Positions 58,542 to 64,000 of a stretch of 64,000 nucleotides of DNA are shown piece by piece. The notes under the pieces were generated by a model. The model was not told the origin of the DNA, did no database searches, and worked only from the letters and a program-made list of their open reading frames with translations. This DNA is from Candidatus Latescibacterota bacterium. Lineage in GTDB: Bacteria; Latescibacterota; UBA2968. A program made the translations under genes and the position numbers. Within the stretch, counting starts at the first letter, position 1. The number at the start of each line of letters is the position of its first letter. The DNA lies in assembly GCA_965222605.1 (NCBI GenBank), contig OZ244960.1, forward strand, positions 4,608,001 to 4,672,000. Reading direction: 5' to 3'.

Positions 58542-58880
58542 TCAATGGTCTCTCACGTTGTCTATCTGCAATATGGAAGGCTCTGTGCCAAAGGTATAAG
58601 TGCAGTCGAAGTCAACTTCTGATAAACACCGCTTGTCGATTGGAAATGCCGCGCATTGTTTTGGGCGGTTTTCGTAGATGCTGCACAGGGTGTCTCCGGT
58701 GTCATTTTTGATGAGAAACGGGCATTTGAACAGGAGTTCACAGCAGTTGCCACATTGGTTGCATTCGCCCTGTCGGTTTTCTATTTGTTGCGCGACGTAG
58801 GCTTTGCGAAATCGCAGCAGCAAAAAGCGTCGCACTTTGCCGATGGCTTGTTCGCACATTTTGCCAAGGGTTTTGGGCAT
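58542..58880 (-). CDS. YkgJ-like CxxCxxCC cysteine cluster protein
   Basis: CNQCGNCC, CPFL, CSIYENRPKQCAAFP. Confidence 0.85.
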   Translation of the reverse strand: MPKTLGKMCEQAIGKVRRFLLLRFRKAYVAQQIENRQGECNQCGNCCELLFKCPFLIKNDTGDTLCSIYENRPKQCAAFPIDKRCLSEVDFDCTYTFGTEPSILQIDNVRDH

Positions 58881-58895
58881 GGGAAAGTCCTGTTG

Positions 58896-60038
58896 TTATT
58901 TTATTTGTTCGATTTCGCGCTCTGCGGCCTGTACACCGCTTTTGGTGTCGTGAACGGCGATGGTGAGGTCGCAGTGTTGGGTTTCGCCGCTGTTGAGTGT
59001 GATGACGCGCCCGGCGTCGCGTTCAGAGCTTTTGGCGTTGGGATAGTTGGTGGCGGGTTCGAGGCCCACGACATATCCATCTCGGGTTGCTGCGGTGTTT
59101 TTCCAGAGGGTAAAGTACGGCATTTGTTTGAGTGAGTAGTGGAGCGAAGATCCCAGGTTGCCTTCGGCGTTTTTGAGCAGGACAGATGTGTTGCCTTCGC
59201 GATTGCCGGCGAGTTCGTAAAAATAAACTTGTTCGATATAACCCGGGGTGGGGCCGAGGCATTGGTCGTAGGTTTTGGTGCCTTCCTCTGCGCGTGGATC
59301 GCGTGGGGAGACGGTTTTTTGCGGCGCAACAATGGACGCGCCTTCTTCGAGGAGGGGCGCGCCGTAGTTGCAGTGGTAGAGCAGTTGCATTTCAGCGGGT
59401 TTGTCGTTGAGGTTGGTGACTTGATCGGCTATGGTGAGGCTGTTGCTGCCGAATTCGGTCGATATGGCTGTGGTGAGGCGCAGGGCAGGGCCAAACATCA
59501 TGGTTTCATCGATGATGCCCAATACAGTGATGCGATGGGGCGGTGTCTGGTCGATTTGCACTTCGACATGGCGCGCGGGTATGTTGGCGATTTTGCCGTG
59601 CAGGGGGACAAAGACTTCGGCTTCGTTGCCGTTGTTGTCGATTACGATGTCGTTGCCGGGTGCGCCATTGCTGTCGAGGCCACAGCGCACAATCCATTCG
59701 TTAAAGCCTTTGAGCCATCCCAGGCCGCCCCGGTCGTTGAGTTCGATAAAGGCCGGGTTGACGAGGTCGCGCACGGGTGATTCCCAACCGAGAGGTATGC
59801 TGCGATAAGTGCCTTTCCATATTCCCATGCCGCGCGTGGGGACGATGAATACGGAGAGTGCTCCGTTGTCGATTTCAATGAGATCAACCCCGTCTTGTAA
59901 GCCGCCTTTGAGGGCGGTTTTTTGTACGCGCCAGGTGTGTTCTGTGCCAAGTGGCAGGGTGGATTCATCGACGGTCCACGATTCGGTCCAGAGTGCGCGT
60001 TCGACGTCGGTGAGAACGAAGCGATAAATGCCTTCCAT
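58896..60038 (-). CDS. aldose 1-epimerase-like protein (DUF4432)
   Basis: PTRGMGIW, LGWESPV, LHGKIAN, LYHCNYG, GLEPATNYP. Confidence 0.88.
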   Translation of the reverse strand: MEGIYRFVLTDVERALWTESWTVDESTLPLGTEHTWRVQKTALKGGLQDGVDLIEIDNGALSVFIVPTRGMGIWKGTYRSIPLGWESPVRDLVNPAFIELNDRGGLGWLKGFNEWIVRCGLDSNGAPGNDIVIDNNGNEAEVFVPLHGKIANIPARHVEVQIDQTPPHRITVLGIIDETMMFGPALRLTTAISTEFGSNSLTIADQVTNLNDKPAEMQLLYHCNYGAPLLEEGASIVAPQKTVSPRDPRAEEGTKTYDQCLGPTPGYIEQVYFYELAGNREGNTSVLLKNAEGNLGSSLHYSLKQMPYFTLWKNTAATRDGYVVGLEPATNYPNAKSSERDAGRVITLNSGETQHCDLTIAVHDTKSGVQAAEREIEQIK

Positions 60039-60157
60039 GGGAATTTCCTTAGGGTCGTGGGGGCGGTACTCCGTATAAAAACACTACGGGGCAGGCTCCT
60101 TTTGTTGTGTATGATTGCCAGAATATACGGGAAAATGCGCGAGGTGAAAAGCGCAAC

Positions 60158-60188
60158 GTAGGGGCGACGCGGCATGATGCTGCCGGGG
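60158..60188 (+). repeat. degenerate GTAG REP
   Basis: GTAGGGGCGACG cggcatgatgctgccgggg. Confidence 0.45.
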
Positions 60189-60263
60189 TGGTTGCCAAAA
60201 TAGCTGTAAGAGCGTATAGTTTTATGTGATGTTAAGTAGCTTTAAGGCATTGGCGATTGTGAA

Positions 60264-61646
60264 ATGAACAAACAAACCTTTTTTTTTTGCGGTATTGGTG
60301 GCAGTGGCATGAGTGCTATTGCACAGGTGTTGTTGCATCAAGGCCATGCGGTGCGCGGGTCTGACCGCAGTTATGACCAGGGGCAGAATGCGGATTTGTA
60401 CGCGCGGTTACAGGCACTTGGGGTGGCGTTGTTTCCACAAGATGGGTCGGGCGTGGACGCAGATGTGGATGTGCTGGTGGTGTCGAGTGCGGTCGAGCCG
60501 ACGATTTTAGATGTGAAGGCGGGGCTGGATCGCGGCATTACTATTTGCAAGCGGGCTGAGGTGCTGGCGGAATTGTTTCATCGGGGGACGGGGATTGCCG
60601 TGGGGGGTACGAGTGGAAAATCGACGGTGACGGGGATGGTTGGGCATATTTTGAGCAAGACCGGACGCGATCCCACGGTGATCAATGGGGGGATGATGCG
60701 CGACGCGGTGCAGCCACCGCGATTGGGCAATGCTCTATGCGGCGATGCCGAGTTGGTCGTGATTGAGGCAGATGAGAGCGATGGGACGATTGCGCTGTAC
60801 GAGCCGACTGTGTCGGTGTTGACGAATATTTCGTTGGATCACAAGCCGATGGCGGAGTTGGAGTCGCTTTTTGGGACGTTTTGCGCGCGGGCAAGAGATG
60901 CGGCGGTGGTGAATCGTCTGTGCGAGCGGTCGATGGTGTTGACGCGGGGTTTGAAGCGTCGGGTGACTTTTGGGGTGGATTGCGAAGGGGCAGATGTGCA
61001 TGCTGCCGATGTCGCGTTGTTGCCCTATGGTGTGCGGTGTGTTGTCAATGGGCAGTCTTGCCGGTTGCGCGTGCCTGGGCGGCACAATGTTGCCAATGCA
61101 GTGGCGGCTATTGCCGCGTGTGGGGTGCTTGGGGTAAGCGCGGGGGACGGGGCAGAAGCATTGGGTGATTTTCGGGGGATTGGCCGGCGGTTGGAGGTGG
61201 TGGGCAAGGCGCAGGGGGTGACGGTGATTGATGATTTTGCACATAATCCGGATAAAATTGCCGCGAGTTTGGCTACGTTAAAGGCGCAGCCCGGTCGCGT
61301 GCTCTCGGTGTTTCAGCCGCACGGGTTTGGACCAACGCGGTTTTTGATGGATGGGCTGATTTCGGCATTTGTCAATGGGATGGATGCAGATGATCTGGTG
61401 ATTATGTCAGAGATTTTTTATGCGGGCGGGACAGCGCAAAAGGATATTTCGTCGGGGGATTTGATCGCGCAGATTGCGCGTGCTGGGCGACGGGCTGAGT
61501 ATATTGAAAGGCGTGAGGATATTGTTGTGCGTTTGGCAGAAGAGGCGCGGGATGGCGACCGGGTTGTGGTGATGGGCGCGCGGGATGATTCGCTGACGGC
61601 TTTTGCAAGAGATATATTATCTCAGATTGAGAGCAGGGCGCGATGA
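60264..61646 (+). CDS. UDP-N-acetylmuramate ligase, MurC/Mpl-like
   Basis: GIGGSGMS, GTSGKSTVT, EADESDG, DDFAHNP, FQPHGF. Confidence 0.88.
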   Translation: MNKQTFFFCGIGGSGMSAIAQVLLHQGHAVRGSDRSYDQGQNADLYARLQALGVALFPQDGSGVDADVDVLVVSSAVEPTILDVKAGLDRGITICKRAEVLAELFHRGTGIAVGGTSGKSTVTGMVGHILSKTGRDPTVINGGMMRDAVQPPRLGNALCGDAELVVIEADESDGTIALYEPTVSVLTNISLDHKPMAELESLFGTFCARARDAAVVNRLCERSMVLTRGLKRRVTFGVDCEGADVHAADVALLPYGVRCVVNGQSCRLRVPGRHNVANAVAAIAACGVLGVSAGDGAEALGDFRGIGRRLEVVGKAQGVTVIDDFAHNPDKIAASLATLKAQPGRVLSVFQPHGFGPTRFLMDGLISAFVNGMDADDLVIMSEIFYAGGTAQKDISSGDLIAQIARAGRRAEYIERREDIVVRLAEEARDGDRVVVMGARDDSLTAFARDILSQIESRAR

Positions 61647-62533
61647 GTTTGCCTCCTGAATTGCAGCCGGGCGATACGGTGGGGGTGATTGCGCCGTCCG
61701 GGCCCTTTGAGCGCGAGCGGTTGATGTCCGGGCTGGCGTTTTTGCGCGCGAAGGGGTTTGAAGTGCGCGAGGGGGCGTCGCTTTACGCACAGAATCGGTA
61801 TTTGGCGGGGACGGATCGGGCGCGTGCAGATGATGTGAATGCGATGTTTGCAGATGGAGATGTGAAGGGTATTTTTGTCGCGCGCGGCGGGTATGGGGCT
61901 GCGCGCATTTTGGCGTTTTTGGATTGGGTGTCTATTGCTCAAAATCCAAAGGTGCTGGTGGGGCTGAGCGATACGACGGCGTTGCAGTTGGCGATTTTTG
62001 CGCGAACGGGGTTGGTGACATTTTCCGGGTGGTTGCTGTGTTCGGATGTGACGGCAGAAGGCGTTGACCAGGAGACGGAGCAGGCGCTGTGGGCGGCGGT
62101 GTGTTCGCACGAATTTGAGCGCGTTGGTTTAACGCCTTTGCGCGGTGGGGAGGTGAGTGGCCCGCTAATTGGGGGGTGTTTGTCGCTGGTGGTGTCGCTG
62201 GTGGGTACTCGATTTTTGCCAGTACTGGACGGCGCGGTGCTGGTGCTGGAGGATGTGAATGAGCCGCCGTATCGCGTGGATCGGATGCTGAATCAGTTGG
62301 CGATGGTCGGGGTGTTTGATCGGGTCGCAGGTGTGGTATTTGGAGAATTTGTGGATTGCGATCCCGAGCGTGAGATAGAGGGCCGGATCGAAGATGTGAT
62401 CGAGGATTTTGCCACGCGGGTATCTTGCCCGGTTTTTTGTGGTTTGCCTTATGGACATGGCAAAGCACGGCGGGTGTTGCCGATTGGTGCCCCTGTGCGG
62501 ATTGCACAGGATGTGTTGGAATTTGATCTATAA
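61643..62533 (+). CDS. LD-carboxypeptidase (peptidase S66)
   Basis: APSG, RGGYG, GLSDTT (Ser), LEDVNE (Glu), YGH (His); ATGA-coupled to the upstream gene. Confidence 0.93.
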   Translation: MSLPPELQPGDTVGVIAPSGPFERERLMSGLAFLRAKGFEVREGASLYAQNRYLAGTDRARADDVNAMFADGDVKGIFVARGGYGAARILAFLDWVSIAQNPKVLVGLSDTTALQLAIFARTGLVTFSGWLLCSDVTAEGVDQETEQALWAAVCSHEFERVGLTPLRGGEVSGPLIGGCLSLVVSLVGTRFLPVLDGAVLVLEDVNEPPYRVDRMLNQLAMVGVFDRVAGVVFGEFVDCDPEREIEGRIEDVIEDFATRVSCPVFCGLPYGHGKARRVLPIGAPVRIAQDVLEFDL

Positions 62534-62553
62534 TTTGTGAAAAGGAATCCACC

Positions 62554-63347
62554 GTGATGCAAAAAATACCTCTGATATTTTTTGTCGCCATGACGCTGTC
62601 GTGCGCGGTGATAAATCAACTGAATTTGTTGACGCCCGAGCAAGAAGTGGAGCTTGGCAGGCAAGCCGCGCGGGAGGTGGAGCGGTCAGTGCGGATGTAC
62701 AGGGATCCGCTGGTGCGCGCTTATATAGATAGTCTGGGTCAGGCTCTGGTGCGGGCGTCGAGACTGTCGCAGTTTCGATATTATTTCAAGGTGGTCGATG
62801 CGCCCGAGGTGAATGCTTTTGCTCTGCCGGGGGATTTGTGTACGTGAATCTCGGGTTGATTCAAGCAGCTGAGACCGAGTCGGAGTTGGTCGGGGTGATC
62901 GGGCATGAGATTGGGCATGTGGAAGAGCATCATGGGGCGAAGAAAATTTCACAGCAGTATGGTGTTGCCGTTGTGGTCGATGTCATAGCCGGGGGCGGGG
63001 ATCCATCGCTGAAGCGAAAAATCATCGGTCAATTAGCGGGATTTGGCGGGGGATTGGGTGTGTTGACATACGGGCGTTTCGCCGAGAAGGAAGCTGATGA
63101 GTTCGCTGTGCATTGTATGGTGAAGGCAGGTGTCGATCCCGAAGGCATCGCGCGTTTTTTTGAGACGTTGTTGAAGTTGCACAAAAGCGAACCCAAAGGG
63201 GTCAAGGTGTTGTTTGCGACACATCCCCCAACGCAATCGCGCATCGATTTTGTCCGATCTGAAATTGCCAAACTCCCAAACACTGCGGGACTAAAAAAAA
63301 CATCCGCGCGGTTCGAGCAGATTCGCGCCCGCGTGTTGCGTAAGTAG
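62554..63347 (+). pseudogene. M48 metallopeptidase lipoprotein, frameshifted
   Basis: Lipobox TLSC and NAFALPG in one frame; YVN..HEIGH..E.EAD..THP in the next. Adding one G to the G5 run at 62829-62833 restores LPGGFVYVN. Confidence 0.85.
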
Positions 63348-63372
63348 GGGCGGTGCCCCCGTGCCCGCCCGT
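63344..63372 (+). repeat. GTAG-type REP hairpin
   Basis: GTAG GGGCGG tgcccccgtgc CCGCCC gt; its TAG is the M48 stop codon. Confidence 0.85.
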
Positions 63373-63375
63373 GCC

Positions 63376-63428
63376 GTCAGCAGTCAGCTTTTCACTTCAC
63401 ACTTCACACTTCACACTTCACACTTCCC
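63376..63428. repeat. heptamer microsatellites (GTCAGCA x~2, TTCACAC x4)
   Basis: gtcagcagtcagc, then TTCACAC at 63396, 63403, 63410 and 63417. Confidence 0.88.
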
Positions 63429-64000
63429 ATGATTCGTTTTCTCAAATGGGTTTTCCCAATTAGCACGGCGGTTCTGATCGTTGTGGTCGCCAGCGCATAC
63501 TGGTATGTGACGCCGCAGCGGTTGAAGGCGATTGTGCAACCGCATTTGTCGTCGGCTTTGGGACGCGAGGTGATGTTCGACCGTATAGAGTGGGGACTAT
63601 TTGATGGCGTGGTGTTTTCGGGCTTAAGGGTGGAAGGTCGGGTTGGAACCGATCCCTTTACTGACTTACAGCATGTCAGCACAAGCCTGGCTGCGGAGCG
63701 GGCACAGGTGCATATGTCGCGGTGGAAGTTGTTGTCGAGTTTGGGCGCGTTGGTGCTGAGAGGTGCGGTGCCTGGGATGGATGAACAGGGGGATGCTGAA
63801 GATTCGCAGAGTGAGATGGATGCGTTTCTGCCCGTAGATCGCGTTCAGTTTCAGGATGGTACGTTACGGGTGAGACGCATTGCGATTGTTTTTGGTCATC
63901 TGGAGATGGATTTGTACCTCCAAGATGGGCGTTTACATGTGGAGCAAATTCAAGGACAGACGTGCGAGGGTACGCTCACGGGTGCTCTGGTGTGGGATAA
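63429..64000 (+). CDS. AsmA-like membrane-anchored protein, 3' partial
   Basis: Frame appears open to the window end: MIRFLKWVFPISTAVLIVVVASAYWY..LKAIV...LSSALGREV.FDRIEW. Confidence 0.6.
   Translation, partial: MIRFLKWVFPISTAVLIVVVASAYWYVTPQRLKAIVQPHLSSALGREVMFDRIEWGLFDGVVFSGLRVEGRVGTDPFTDLQHVSTSLAAERAQVHMSRWKLLSSLGALVLRGAVPGMDEQGDAEDSQSEMDAFLPVDRVQFQDGTLRVRRIAIVFGHLEMDLYLQDGRLHVEQIQGQTCEGTLTGALVWD

Noticed and set aside
2742-62591. Long antisense or alternate-frame ORFs (e.g. 2742-3362, 13566-14321, 44349-45008, 55646-56536, 61932-62591)
   Set aside because: Shadows of well-supported genes, favoured by GC content and strand skew; no protein-like motifs.
63391-63428. Tandem repeat as a CRISPR array
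   Set aside because: 7-bp units with no spacers and no cas genes.

Overview
Gene-dense bacterial chromosomal segment; I found no rRNA, tRNA or CRISPR array. The gene set suggests, by inference only, an FCB-superphylum organism (Gemmatimonadota/Latescibacterota-like), possibly a sponge symbiont: a short RpoD lacking region 1.1, PorV-like and GWxTD proteins, a eukaryote-like YWTD propeller and three PhyH dioxygenases. 0-25 kb is accessory and catabolic: OM proteins, DUF2442, modA, sulfatase, isomerases, dehydrogenases, DUF5916, PhyH proteins, a PL2 lyase, and an MBL hydrolase cleanly split by an IS982-like element. 25-47.8 kb is housekeeping: dusA, plant-type hydroxypyruvate reductase, fused IOR, lipA-miaB-queG, Cys-degenerate IscU, rny, sodA-prx-erpA, folB-folK-dNK-panB-panC, ygfZ-like, qor, Nudix, rpoD-like and murD. 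47.8-60 kb is an uncharacterised DUF4159-DUF4175-TPR-GATase-like-MoxR operon. It is interrupted by a ~2.6 kb decaying ParA/HigBA island bounded by a perfect 26-bp direct repeat that duplicates a coupled stop/start junction. 60-64 kb holds MurC/Mpl-like, LD-carboxypeptidase, a frameshifted M48 peptidase and a partial AsmA-like gene. GTAG-REP hairpins, heptamer microsatellites and blocks of strong strand skew recur. Family names come from motif recognition, not database searches.
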